Shown: positions 12,194-25,123 of the stretch, piece after piece
Layout of the letters: each line of letters opens with the position of its first letter
Numbering within the stretch: the first letter of the stretch is position 1
Assembly: GCF_011745625.1 (NCBI RefSeq)
Contig: NW_027191457.1
Location: 930,001 to 994,000 of the forward strand
Direction: 5' to 3'
Length of the DNA: 64,000 bases
DNA from: Cladosporium halotolerans
Lineage: Eukaryota
Program-made: the position numbers and the translations under genes
The notes under the pieces: generated by a model
Seen by the model: the letters and a program-made list of their open reading frames with translations, nothing else
Databases searched by the model: none
What the model was told of the DNA's origin: nothing

Positions 12194-12433
12194 TTATGAA
12201 GGGAACTGCACCGGGAAGCACTTCTCCTTCGTCCAGGCATCGCTGTGCGTCGAGGCATGCTGCTCGAGGATCTTGAGGTTCTCGGCCACGAGGTCCTTGC
12301 GGCAGAAGTTGCAAATCGTCATCTCCTTCTTGGGCTTGACGGGCGTGCCGTTCTTGTGCACCTGGACACGAGTGCCGGCGGCGTCGGCCTTCTTGTGCTC
12401 GCGGGCGATGCGGTCTTTCTTGGTGATAGGCAT
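12194..12433 (-). CDS. Small basic C2H2-like zinc-binding protein (ZNF706/DUF1909-like), 79 aa
   Basis: Basic N-terminus followed by CxxC...HxxxH...CFP. Strongly biased codon usage and a C/A-rich leader. Confidence 0.7.
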   Translation of the reverse strand: MPITKKDRIAREHKKADAAGTRVQVHKNGTPVKPKKEMTICNFCRKDLVAENLKILEQHASTHSDAWTKEKCFPVQFPS

Positions 12434-14293
12434 GGTGAAGGGTTGTTTGGTGCTGCTGGGCGTTTTGGTTTGTCTTAGAGGTGTTTGGTTTGATGTGTGG
12501 TCGAGGTGAAGTGATTTACTGGAGAGAAAGGAAGTTAGAGTTCTAGATTGATTGAAAGAATGAAAGAGACCCTCACCACAGCGCAGAGAGATAGGCGGGG
12601 CTGGGGAAATTTCCTATGGCGGGAGTCGAGAGCCTGGGCGTAGATTCAAGCACGGCTGTCATCACGTTGGACCCGAGCCAGCGGGTCCGGATCGTAAGCG
12701 GATCTCCACGTGCATGGAAGTTACTTTTGGAAGGAAAATGGTTGCTATGCGCTTTGCTCTTTCGATGAAGAGCCTTCACACTCTGCAATGCATGACAAGA
12801 CGACAGTCTCTGACCAGGTTAGCCGTAGGAGCTACGCACTCTGGCGTCAACTATACGAACAATGTCCTTGCAATGATGTATTCTCGTCAAGAGTCGCTTC
12901 TGCACCGGCGAGAGAAAGCTGAGGAGTGAGATTTGAACATTCGAGGTTAGCAATGAAGCCTCAAATGGCATTGAAGATCCATCTTGGTCTCATAGTAGCA
13001 TCTCAAAAAGCGGTTCGGGTCCGTGGATCTCACTACAAGAACGACCGATCAGGGACGCCAAAGCCATTCCGCCGAAGGGAATCATTCCCACGATCAACTT
13101 GATAATACCATTGGAGAGAAGAGAGAAGTTCACACTTTGTAAGACAAATAGCGACTGACGAGTACAAGCAAACCAGTCTTGTGGCCGACTTATGAAGGGC
13201 TCTCTCATTGCGAATTATGCTTTAATTTATTCGTGCGATGCAGTCAAGTGCTTAGAGACCTATTGCGTCAGTTTAGAGACGTCTCATACTCTGAGCAACG
13301 AAGACTTATAGCATCATGGCATGTCCGTTGAGTCTTGGTTGACCATTGACGGTGAAGGACCTGGTATACAGCGCCCATGCGTTCCTCAAAGTGAGGTCGC
13401 AATGCCTGGCAGCTTGTAGGAATAGCGAAAATCCTGGTTACTGATGTTGACTGCAGAATTGATTGCTCAAATGAAGGCGTGAAAACGTCTAGCAATGAGC
13501 TTTGCTGTGAGACATGAGACAGCTCGATCGTTGTTGTCTATCTGCAGGAATAAGCCAGGTAGAAGTGTGAAGAAATTCAGGGCCATGAGGACGATTGGTC
13601 GTCGGAAAAGATCTCATTGACTGTATGAATATCAAGTAGATATGAGTATCTTCATCGAAATCGTCTCATTTTTCTGATTCGAAAGAGTACCCGTATGGCA
13701 GTGTTGGATGCGCGATCACACGCCAAGTGCGCGACAGCAAAGTGCAAGGAGTGGCAGCGGGAGAGGAGGAGCCTTCGAGGAGACCAGGCGTTGGCGCTAG
13801 CAAGCGGCGATGTGCACCCGTGCCGCAACCCGCGTCGCGAACAGTCGGCATGGACGTCAGGTCTTCGGCGACCAAGGCACCCCACACAAATGGCCCTTTC
13901 TTCTCTGCCTCTTGCTTGCATACCTCCCTCTCCGCGACCACGCCCTCCACCTCCCTCCTCGTCCGCGCCATCAACTTCCTCCATCTTCCACCGTCCACGC
14001 GCATCCTCGCGTCCCTCCCACGCGACTGACCCATTGCTCCCGGATCGTCACCTCGACCCTGGCTAGCGCAAACTTCCTCCTACGCGCGTTTGCACCGACT
14101 TCTCTCACCGCCGACGCGCGTGATCACCGCGACCACTGCGACCTCAACACCATCGACCACGTCAAAAGCAAACAATCAACCAGCTCGAATTGATTGACTT
14201 AAAGCTTTAATCAACTTGGTCGACTTCTACAGATCTGGACGTCCGCGATACCAACCACCAAGCCAGCCCTAGGCTGGTTTGCTTTAAGAAGTC

Positions 14294-17200
14294 ATGGTAC
14301 ACTACGCCGCATGCCATAAAATGTGTAAAGAGCAAGGGCAAAGTTAACATTTGGTTAAGGTCCTCTACAAGCGCAAGCCTGTGACATTTGTCGCGCCTCC
14401 ACAAAATATCAAGGACGACACAGAGGTATGTGCACAACTTGTGCGCAACTAATAAGGGAGAAGCTGACCCTTCTTGTGTCAGGTATGGGTCGTGCCGGAG
14501 ACAAATGAGATATTTCTGGACTACGAAAAATACCTGAAACGGTTCGTTCCACATCCACGACCGGCGAAAGCTTCAAGAGCTAACACTTTGTACAGCTGGG
14601 ACTTCCTCCACCAGGCAAGCACATCGCACACAGACGGATGGAGACCAAGCTACTAACTCTCCGCTAGAAAAAGTTCACCGACGCGATTAACGGAAAGTCC
14701 GGCTTGACCTATTCAGATGCGGTCGCTTCGGAGGTTTGTTTACATGCAAATTGTCCCGTCACGCGCCCCTACTGACACCACCAGCAGAACCAGAGCTTAG
14801 CAGAGATCGAGAATGTCTTCCCCGAAGTGCTTCGCGACCCTATTCTCCGCAAGGTTCAATTCTCGACCATCTCTCGCATGGACGAGCTCGGTACGCTATA
14901 TTGATTCTTACACGCAAGTCCGTTGCTAATGTTGGACTTCTACAGTCAATTGGGTCTATAACGAATTCAAGCGCGAGTTCTTTCCCGGCGAGGATGTACT
15001 GGTCACATTGCAAGACCGCGACCTGACAGCCGGTTCGATCCGCGAAAAAGCGAAATTCCCCATGATCAAGGGTCCGGATGGCTCTGTACAACGCAACGCC
15101 TTCGCTCGCTACTTCGTCCGCCTCCATGACACGCCTGGTGATGAAGCGCTCGTAGACGAACAGCATGTGCGCCGCGACCGCAAGATCTACTCCAAGCTCA
15201 ACCTTCGAGCGTTCCTTAAGAACTCGCTCGAGAGAGAGCCTTACATGCACGCGCCATGGCTGGTCAAGGAGCCTCTGGCTATGCAATATCGCTTGCCGAT
15301 GCAGATCCCGGAACACCTCCTTAGAGACGCACATGTCTTGGCTAATAGGGTACGTCTTTCCCCGAACCGCCCGGCTCAAAACCTGCCCAGAGCCGGGGCA
15401 CCGGATGATTCGTCTGAACATAGGGCTTTGAAAGCTGAGATTGTGCAGGATCAGATGCTCCAGATGAGAGCACCGCGTGGGCGTCAACCTAAACACATGG
15501 CACCTGAGGAGCTTGCGCGCATGCAACAGGAAGCACAGTTACATCCGCAGATGCAGCGTCAAGTAAGTCGTCGCCATCCTACAGCCCCGAACGCATCGCT
15601 GACGAAACAGCACGGCGGAACTCTACCACACCATCCCAATCGCCAGACCATTCCCCAGGCTGTGGCGCCTCCGCCCAAACCTGCTCCTCCTCCGATCAAA
15701 TACCCTATCGAAGACCTCGACATCGAACCGAAGAAGAACGGCGTCTCTCGTCCTCAACTCAAGTTCCTCACAGAGGAGATGGCGCACTTCGTTGCCAGTG
15801 ATCGAACTAAAGGCCTCAACCAGGTGCAGATGGAGACCGTCGGCAGGCTTCTCGAGATCTGGAATACATTGAACGTGCAGTGCGAAGTGTACGAGATCGA
15901 CAGTTTCACCTTCGACGACTTTGTGGATGCTATGGGCTTCACGACCGAGTCCGACAACACCGAATGCCAACTTCTGGACGAGGCATTCTGCGCGGTACTC
16001 AAGCAGCTTGTGAACGACAAGGGTAAGCTGGAAGTCAGTCTGCCGCAAATGCCGGACGAGGATTCGGAGGATGATTCAGAAATCGCCGTCGACGACAGCA
16101 CTGTTTCGACGCCGGTTGCGGACGTCCCTGCTCGATCGACGCGCAGCAGACTCAGTCACGTCGAAAATGCCTCAGAGCAGCCGCAGAGTCCGAACGGAGC
16201 ACCAGCTAAGGTGCACAAGGCGACGGAAGCTTTGGCTGGGTTTGACTGGGCGGAGGCTCTCGGTCAGCGTGACATGGAAGGCGGCAACTGGCAGCTTATT
16301 CTCGTCGGCATCCTCAACCAACTTTCACACGCACCGCACTTCAAGGCCACCTGCGACAAGGTGCTGTCATATCTGGTCCCCCTGGATATGGATCCATCGA
16401 AGGAGAACATCAAATATCAGTTCAAGACTATGGACATCAATCTCCGCGCAGCCGCGCTCCAGCCAATGACAATGCTCTCAGCTACAACGAAAGCCCTCAA
16501 AAAGTTCCTGGAAGATTGTAGTGAAGATCAGACCGAGGTCCGTAAGCGCAAGATGGAATTCCAGCGTGAGAAGAAGACTGCTATGGAGAGCTTGGCTTTC
16601 AAGAACCGCGATCGCGTCGCGGCGCAGGAAGATCTGGCCAAGAAGGAAGAAGCCGAGCTTGTGGCTGCAGGCGAGCTTGCTGAAGCTGCTGCGACGACGG
16701 CAGAGACCAATGGTGGAAGCTCGGAACCCGAAGACGAGGTGTCCGCTGGCCGCCGCTCGTCTCGTAAGCGCAAGCGCGGCGCTGAGATGAGTCCTCAGGA
16801 GAAAGAAAAGAAGGAGAAGGTTGATGCTGCAAAGTCGGCAGCCGACAAGCAGAGGAAGCAGTACCAAGCATTGGTCCGCGACTGCGACGTGCTTAGGCAG
16901 CAGATCCTGGAGCTCGAGGCCGACATCAACGAATGCGACGGCGATCTCCGCGAGGCGGACGTGCAGCGCACGAAGATGCTGGGCAAGGATCGCTTCTGCA
17001 ACAGATACTACTGGTTCGAGCGCAACGGCCAGCCCTTCGGCGGCTTGCCCAACAGCAGCACCGCGCACTACGGCTACGCCAACGGACGTATCTGGGTGCA
17101 GGGTCCGGACAACATGGAGCGCGAGGGTTTCATCGACCTACCGAGGGAAGAGCAGGCGGCATACAAGGCCAGGTTCGGCATGACCGTCCCCGACCGCCGC

Positions 17201-17638
17201 AAGCTGGAGGAAGGCCCGTCACTGCTGATGAGCGCCAACGAATGGGGCTACTACGAGGACCCGGACGTTCTCGACTCTCTCATCGGCTGGCTGGACGACC
17301 GCGGCGAGCGCGAGAAGCGCCTACGCAAGGAGCTCTACGAATGGCGCGACAAGATCGCCAAGTACATGCGCGCGCACAAGGATTTCATGAACAGCGAGGC
17401 GGCCAAGAAGCTCGAGGCTGAGGAGGAGCCTAAGAAGGGCATCGCGACCCGCCGCCAGGCTGAGCAGGAGAAGGCCGAGCTGGGCGAGAGGTGTCTGAGG
17501 TGGCGCAACCTCACGAGCGAGTCGATCAACAAGCACCTGCACTCGGAGAACCCGCCGGCGAAGAGGTCGAAGAAGAACCCGAAGGTTGCCACGGGCGTGG
17601 TGGTGAACAGCCGCGTCAACCGGTCGCGCACGAAGTGA
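14294..17638 (+). CDS. ITC1: ISWI-complex subunit Itc1/ACF1 (WAC, DDT, WHIM/WSD domains). Exons 14294-14296, 14360-14425, 14483-14541, 14596-14614, 14668-14733, 14788-14890 and 14946-17638; the last probably contains introns 15350-15448 and 15563-15610
   Basis: The spliced N-terminus reads MVLYKRKPV...VWVVPETNEIFLDYEKYLKRWDFLHQKKFT..NGKSGLTY (WAC). DDT: LLEIWNTLNVQCEVYEIDSFTFDDF. WSD: LGKDRFCNRYYWF and LIGWLDDRGEREKRL. Confidence 0.9.
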
Positions 17639-18421
17639 TCGTGTCTCCTGCTGGATAAAGCCAGGCAATCTCACCTGAGTTCGACAACGACTGTGTGTGC
17701 ATTGGGAACGGCGTCATGCGTTTTTGGCTCTCGACTTACCTACCTACTCTGGAGCAAAAGATAGATCTGGCGTTTCTGCTTTGAGCGCGGCGTATCGGGA
17801 GTACGATTGCGATCGGAGGATATGGCTTATAACACCTCTATTTGACTTGCGATGCATATGCCCTGGCGCGGCGGAGGCGGATTGTTTGTGCGTACGGATA
17901 AGTCAGTGGATTGATGAAAGTTGATCTCCTGGAGGCACCTGTAGGCGCATAGGCTGGGGGTCGAGGAGAACAAACGGCTCCATTTGTTCTGCGATACTTC
18001 GGTGGAAAATGTAAGCTTATCATGGCAACTTCATTCGACTTCATACGTTTTCCTTATTTTCGTCTAATAAAGTTGGCGCTGTGGCATGAAGCGAGGCGGA
18101 GTTTGGGCCGACCAGCCACGCCAGCCACAGCCAAGCGGGGAAGTTTGATGCAGCTTCCAAGAGCTCCCAGAGCTTCAAGCGTCATCCCGCGCCGGCTGAC
18201 ACCTCGCCCATGCCGCCATGCCGCTACCACCTCGCTTGGTGCCGTCGCTTCTGCAACCCGCGCCGCAAGACTCGGCCAAGCCGGGCGAGGACATCGGTGC
18301 CATGCTTTTGACTTCTTAAAACACTCTTTCGCCTGGCCACACCGACACCCTCAATACCGTACAGTATACTTATCTACCGTGACCCAGCAATGCAGTGTGT
18401 TGCCACTCACTCCCACCAAGC

Positions 18422-19798
18422 ATGCGCACCCTAGCGCTGTACATTGTTATCTTCGGCTGTATCACCGCAGCTCTAATCTTCTTCAGCGCCACGGGCGGTC
18501 CATTCTTCGTAGAGGAACAGTACAACCGCAACAGACCCTCAAAGCCCCAAGGCCCACCCATCTCTCACAGCGAGTCGCACGCCTGGCAGACACAGCGCGA
18601 ATGGATCTACAAATACCCTCGCGACGCCCGCAACTATGGCCTCGATGAGCTGCAGTGCCAGGTCGCTTTCCCGGACCTATACAAGGAAGTCGATCGTGCG
18701 GCTGCGTGGTGGAAGGAACGCGGCGGCGTGACCGAGCGCGAGATCGACGTCGGCTGGCGTGGGGATGGTATCGTGAGGGCCATGATCTACGACAACCAGC
18801 TGTATGTTATCGACGCCCACGGCGTATTCGACCACAATCACCGGCCTAGGGCGCTGGCGACGCTGCATTCGCTCCATCGCGCTGTCACGGCGCACTCGGG
18901 ACCTCTGCCAAATGTTGAGTTTACCATGACGGACCACGATGCGCCCTTGATCGATCAGGAGGATCTAAACCACACCACCTGGGGCTATGCCAGGCTCGCG
19001 CACCAGGAAAACCTCTGGCTCATGCCAGACTTCGGCTATTGGGGCTGGCCCAACGTCGGCCTCCGCAGCTACTCCGAACTCCAGCAAAACCTCGCAGCCG
19101 AAGAAGAAGATTTCCTCGACAAGATCCCCCAAATCGTTTGGCGCGGCGCAGTCGAAGGCCTCGGCTCCCACGACGTACGCGCCGGCCTCCTAGCCGCCAG
19201 CGCCAACCAGCCTTGGTCCGACATCCTGCCCCTCGACTGGAGCAACGCGACCAACATCGCCACCCGCCTCCTCGGCATGGAAGACCACTGCGCCTACCAG
19301 TTTCTCGCCCAGACCGAGGGAAACACCTACTCCGGCCGCCTCAAGTCCCTCCTCAACTGCCACTCCGTCCTGCTGTCGCACAAGCTCTCCTGGATCGAGC
19401 ACTTCCACCACCTCCTGCAGCCCTCCGGCCCGGACCAGAACTACGTCCAGACCAAGCGCGACTTCTCCGACCTCCCCAAGAAGATGCGCTCCCTCCTCAA
19501 CCCCTCCAACATCCTAGCCACGCAGCGCATCGCCGACAACGCACGCGCCGCCTTCCGCGAGCGCTACCTCACGCCGGCCGCAGAGGCGTGCTACTGGCGC
19601 GCGCTGATCCGCGCGTGGGCGGACGTGCAGACGTTCGAGGTGCAGGGGTGGAAGGAGAAGCTCGTTGAGGATCCGACGACGGGGAGGAAGAAGCTGAAGA
19701 GGTCGATGAGGGGCGCGCCGTTCGAGGCGTATGCGATTATGGAGGAGGTGGAGTGGGAGCTGCCGGCGAAGGCGAGGAGGGTTTGTATTGATGAGTGA
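18422..19798 (+). CDS. Glycosyltransferase family 90 (CAP10/KDELC-like), type II membrane protein
   Basis: N-terminal TM anchor; WLMPDFGYWGWP, KIPQIVWRG, EDHCAYQFL..EGNTYSGRLKSLLNC and YLTPAAEACYWRALI. Confidence 0.88.
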   Translation: MRTLALYIVIFGCITAALIFFSATGGPFFVEEQYNRNRPSKPQGPPISHSESHAWQTQREWIYKYPRDARNYGLDELQCQVAFPDLYKEVDRAAAWWKERGGVTEREIDVGWRGDGIVRAMIYDNQLYVIDAHGVFDHNHRPRALATLHSLHRAVTAHSGPLPNVEFTMTDHDAPLIDQEDLNHTTWGYARLAHQENLWLMPDFGYWGWPNVGLRSYSELQQNLAAEEEDFLDKIPQIVWRGAVEGLGSHDVRAGLLAASANQPWSDILPLDWSNATNIATRLLGMEDHCAYQFLAQTEGNTYSGRLKSLLNCHSVLLSHKLSWIEHFHHLLQPSGPDQNYVQTKRDFSDLPKKMRSLLNPSNILATQRIADNARAAFRERYLTPAAEACYWRALIRAWADVQTFEVQGWKEKLVEDPTTGRKKLKRSMRGAPFEAYAIMEEVEWELPAKARRVCIDE

Positions 19799-20498
19799 GG
19801 GGGCTGTTGTCGGATGCATTGACGGGGGTTGTTAGTAGGAAATTTGGGTCGTGTGAGGTGTTTTGTGGGATGCGGTATCAGATGGACCGGTCGCGAGGCC
19901 TGAGTGCATGTTATGTGTGGCGTGTTACTACATTATCTCATGGCTTGTGTTTATTTAATTTACGGAGATATGCGAGTGATAAAGCTCCTTTGATTGCTGC
20001 CAAACCCCTCTCAAGACTGACGCACAGGGCTTCTAGTTCTCTGTATTTGCGAAGCACATGGACGGTAGAACCTCGAGCAGTTGAGCTGCTCGGGTTCTGG
20101 AGGATGACGGCAATGCTTTATCGTTAGGCGGACGCTCCGCTTCCTCATTCACGCTTCTTTCGACCTCAACTTCACCCTGAAGTCGTAATCGCAAAGGCGA
20201 GCGAATGTTACTTCACTTACAACTAAGATTGATCGATATGCTGATCGGACAGAAATTTGCGGGAGCTAGTGGGATGTCCCTCGGGGGACTTGAGTTTGCA
20301 ATTACTTCGTGATTTTTTATTTTGCTTTTCGGCAAGTCCAGTATGACGACCAAAGAGCCCATGGTTTTGGCAAAACATACAGCAGCTGAAGGAAAACCTC
20401 GTCGACAGTAGTTTCGCATCGAAAACAGCTTACTTCCATAACTCCAAGGGGTATCTAAAACAAATGCGAAAGATGCTACGCTAAGCCAATGGCAACGA

Positions 20499-21801
20499 TC
20501 AGACAACTTCTCCCACGATATTCAACGCCTCTCCCAAGATCTCATTCAAAAGGTCCGTAACCCCCAACATATCTCCTGCCGGCCTCAATTGCCCATTCGT
20601 CATATTTAGTGCCCTTACACTGTCCCAATGCCCAGCACCCACCTCCTCCAACCGCCCCATCTGCGACGGCCAAGGCGTAGGCGGATCCTTCCTTGTCCCT
20701 GACGACCCATCCGCCACCGTCCCATTGCTCGCCGGCTGCTCAACCGCACTCTCCGCCCCACCCAGAACAACCTCCCCAACAGCCTTAACCCACATCCACG
20801 GCGACGCCAACCCATCCCCCGTCCCCGCCGCCCAGTATTCCCAGCCAACCGCACACCCAAACGCCGCATACTTCCCCTTCAAACTCCCCAGCACGCCCTT
20901 CAGCACGTCCAACCCTACGAACCCTGAACCCCCATCCCCAGGATTCGTCAAAACGCCCATCACGACTCTGTCCGCCGCCCACTGGCCCCCGGATACTATA
21001 TCCTCGTACATGCCGCTGCTGCTGGCGTCGCCCCAGCCATTGTAGAACTGCGCGTTGTACCAGTTGACCAATTTGCCGTTCGGACGAGAAGGTTCCGTCG
21101 CTTGCGCGTCAAGGTCCAGCGCCGAGAAGCCGTGCAGGCCCGTGCTGGCTGTGTTGGGGAGCAGCGCGGAGGCGACGGGCGCCATGGTCAGGAGGAAGGA
21201 GGAGCCGAGGTCGGCGTGCAGTTGGCGGAGGAGACGGAGGGGCGTGGAGAGGGGGACGCGCTCTTCGATATCGAGGTCGAGGCCTTGGATTTTGTATTTT
21301 TGGAGGATGGAGAGGAGGGGGTCGTAGTAGGCGTGGAACTGGGGGGTGTTAGTTCTGGGGCTTGGATGGGGGAGGGGAGGGGAGGGTGGAACGTACGGAT
21401 GCTTCGTCGCCGCTGAGGCGCTGGTAGGTTCCTGGTGCGGCGCCGCCGAGCATCATCATGACTTTGATGCCGCCGGCTTGCAGTTGGGCGACTTCGGACC
21501 AGAGCGTGTCGTACATGGGGTCGCTGGGGTGGTGGTCGTTGAGGGTGATGTCGCCAGGCTGCTCGTTGAGGTGGACGGCGGAGAGGAGGACGTGGGTCAC
21601 GCCAGTGTTTTCTTGGAGTAAGGGCAGGAGGGAGAGAGGGCCGCCGTTGACGTCTCTGAAGGTTTGGATATAGGCTACTAGGCGTGGTGGTGTGGCGGCG
21701 GTGTTGGATTCATCTTGTGATTGTCGGATTGAGAGGGGAAGGGCCCATGATGTGGCTGTGAAGGCGAGGAAGATAGATAATATGACGTTGAAGGCATACA
21801 T
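20499..21801 (-). CDS. Secreted GH18 chitinase-like protein with C-terminal UBA-like segment; intron 21339-21396; about 414 aa
   Basis: Signal peptide; KVMMMLGGA, GLDLDIEE (21261-21284), WYNAQFYNGWG and GWEYW. The GTACGT...CTAAC...CAG intron keeps the frame. Confidence 0.82.
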
Positions 21802-22581
21802 CGTAATGTATACTCGAAGGGCAAACGAGAGACTATGGAGTTCACAAGGACGGGTGGTTGAATGCTCCCAACCCGGTCCTCAAGCGTATCCAAACACCAA
21901 TTGTGAGTACTGAGAGTAGTGGGAAGCACTGAATAGTGGTCATCGTGGTTGCTAATGTGCCTTCAAGGCCTATAAGTAGTAGACTTGTCTACCGTGCGTG
22001 TATAGCCATCTTTTCGCTTACCTGCCTCTTTGTGGCGTAAATCCGAGACTACAAGCCTTCTGCCGCATAGACAAGTCTGGCCGAGTCAGCTCAAGAAACA
22101 TTGTACTGGCTTTTGGCAGTGACAGATTCATATCTCGAGATGTAGTCCTGCGTGTCTTTGATTGACCAGGCTGAAGAGATGATAGGGATCGCAATGGTGT
22201 TTAGGAGACGCAATGGTTTTCACACATGGTGAATGAATTCTTCTACCCAGTAACGGAACGCTTAAATGTCTTAGATGTGTGAGACAAGATGGTGGGAGAT
22301 GTCTCAGATCTCGGGTGTTTCCTTCTCGAATCCAGCTGGAAACGGGAAATTAGGATGACACCAGCTTGGAGATGCGTGTTCAGAAAATCAGTAGTCACAG
22401 ATCGACGAACCGTTGTCCTCGGATGTTCAATAGAATTTGCATCTACCCACTCCGCTTTCGTTGGCTGGGTCCGGACCGGAGGCTACGTTTCAGATTCTGT
22501 TCATATCTTGGTTCCCAATCCAGGAATTTGCTGTACATATGTGGGCTGCTATATCGGCAACCTCAATTCCTGCGTCATTCC

Positions 22582-24629
22582 TCAGTCGCTCTCAGCGCCA
22601 CCCTTGACCTCACCGTAGCCCTCCTTCCTGCCCCATCCTTCTGTAGCATCAAGACCCTTACTGCTGACCCACAGGAAGTAAGGCTCCTTAAAGTTGTCGA
22701 CGTGGTTGAAGAACCGGCCAAACTCGCCCTTCTCCTCCTCCTCGCTAAACATCCTAGCGTAGATCTCCCGACGCTTGAACTCCTCGATCTTGTCGTTGTA
22801 CTTGTCAAAGCGCAGCGGCTCTCGCTCGTGCTTGGCCGCTTGGATGTTGTTGTAGGAGTCGAATACGGGGCGCTCGAGCATGAGGCCCAGACCGGGGACC
22901 TTCGGGATCGAGTAGCGGGCGTCGGTAAAGGAGTGGGCCATCGTCTTGTCGATGTCGCTGCCGCTACGGACGAGGAGCGTCACCATGCCGATCATCTTGC
23001 GGATCTGGTGCATCATGAAGCTCTGTCCGTGGACCTTCAGGGAAAGCCATTCCGTCTTCTCCTCTTCGGGGCCGTCGCCGATGAGGATGGGCTCCGTGTT
23101 GACCACGAAGGACTTGATATTGCGCTTGGCACTCGGGTCGCGGAAGGTCTTCTGGATCGTGTAGTTGTGGTAGTTCCTGGTGCCGAGGTAGTTGTTGAGA
23201 GCTTGCTGAACGCGCTCAATGCGAGCTTGAGGGATGCGGTAGCGACGCTTGGCGATGTTGTAGGCAGCGCGAACCTTTTTGGATGCCGCGCGCAGACGCT
23301 GAACACGATCCTGCTGGACTCTGTCGATGCCATTGTCTGATGCTGCAGGAGCCTCTCCATCTTTAGCAGGCTCAGAGGCTTCCTCAGTTCCCGCGATCTT
23401 GACCTCGGCGTCGGCAGTGGAAGGCTCGTTGACTACAATGGCCGCCTCTTCTGCCTTCTCTTCCTCGGCTGCGGGCTCACCCTCGTTCGCTTTGTTGGTG
23501 TCGGCGGCAGCCTTCGACGACTGCTCAACGTCTGCATCGGGCTTGGCCGCCTTTGCGCCAGCTTCCTCCTCTCCTTGAATCGCTTTGATGACGTCGTATC
23601 TGATATCCTCGTCAATAGTCTCCAACACGGCCTTGATCTGCTCATCCTCCACGTTCTGCCAGAAATCCTTAACCTCTGCTTGCCTGCTTTCATAACCCTC
23701 GCGGTCACCAGCTTCGTCCGCGAGTCGCTCCAGCTGCTTGGCCATGAAGCTGCTGGGATGAGGGGGCAGAAAAGCCTGAGTCGGTATCAAGTACTCATAC
23801 CACCGAGAATCGCAAGCCTGGTAGCACGAGAAACTTCCTATCGTCCTCTCAATGCCCCATACGCGAATCTGCGGGTGCAGGTTCTCATTGATCTTCTCCA
23901 CAATGTCCTCGTCCTCCACGATAAGCTTCAAGCTGATCATGTTGCCAGCGGCGTGCACACCCTTATCCGTGCGCGCGCATCTGACGAGCGAGGCTTTTTT
24001 GGGATCATCCGCGTTGGCTTTCGAAATAGCACCAGCTTTTACGAATGCTTGAAACAGCTCGCCCTCAATGGTCTCCTCGGTCGGCGAGATCTGCATGCCT
24101 TTGAACCCAGTTCCAGAATATCCAATCATGACAGCGACCTTGCGCTTCGGCTTGCGCCCTTCGGCATCGATCTCTTCCTGAGTGAACTTGGTGGCGTACG
24201 TAGGGTCCTCACCCTGCTGCTGGCGTTGCGAAGAAGCCGCGATTTTGGAGCGCTTGTCTGGATCATTGCGGCTAATGTCAGTCAGTCATCGCGTTCGCCA
24301 AAGCCTTAGTCTTTGGTGTAGCGTATAGCTTACAAATAATCGGCTCTTCCCATATCGCCTTTCTTATGTCTCTTACTGTCGCCATCGGCATGTCGTCCTC
24401 CGCCACGGGAACCATGACGGATACTGTGGTCGGGAAAGCGTCCTTTGCGCTTGCGCTGGTTGTCTCCGTTGGTCGAGGCTTGTTCACCCTCGCCCTCGGG
24501 CTGTTCTGCCGCATTGTCCGCGCTGTTCTCCGGGACTGCTGCAGCGGACCGAGTGTCTGCAGCTGGCGGAGCGGCGGCCTGGTCGATAGCGGCACCAGCC
24601 TCCTCCATGATTGCTGTGGAATGCTCCAT
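22582..24629 (-). CDS. PUS1: tRNA pseudouridine synthase 1 (TruA family); intron 24272-24333
   Basis: GYSGTGFKGMQ, RCARTDKGVHA (catalytic Asp), NYHNYT and GQSFMMHQIRKM. Confidence 0.93.
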
Positions 24630-25123
24630 GTCTGTGGACGGAGACTTAGGTATGTTTGCATTGGTGGGGGCGAAGCGCGGCTTGAAATGCGCAAGTCCTC
24701 AGTCGCAGGAATTTCCGAGCTCCTCAGGTGGAGCAAAGCGGATCCATTCACATGCATCGCGCTAGTGCATCTGCCTTTGCGGGGGCGGCAAGGCCCGCGC
24801 CTCAGCTCTCGAACCAGCCTTGCTCGTCCCGTTCTTTATGCCTCACTGCGAAAGTCCCCGCTCCCATCTCTCTCTCCTCCTCTGTTCCCCAGCAGCGCTT
24901 GATTGCGTCTGTCGACCATATCACGGTGTCCACCTCATCTCCGTACCCGCACGCCATTTTTCGCTTCGTCTAATCATCACTCACCTGACCGCGACTGCAT
25001 CAGCCCATTCACCAGCCTATCCGGTCCTTGCTTGCTTGCTTCAACGCATTTGCGCATTTGTCGCAACACCTATAACTCGACGAGCAAGATAATAAACCTT
25101 GTCGCTCTAGCTTCTGGACCAAC

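Noticed and set aside
12500..13650. Short ORFs 12990-13208 and 13268-13495 as a pseudogene or transposon relic
   Set aside because: No family motifs, terminal repeats or RIP-like AT enrichment.
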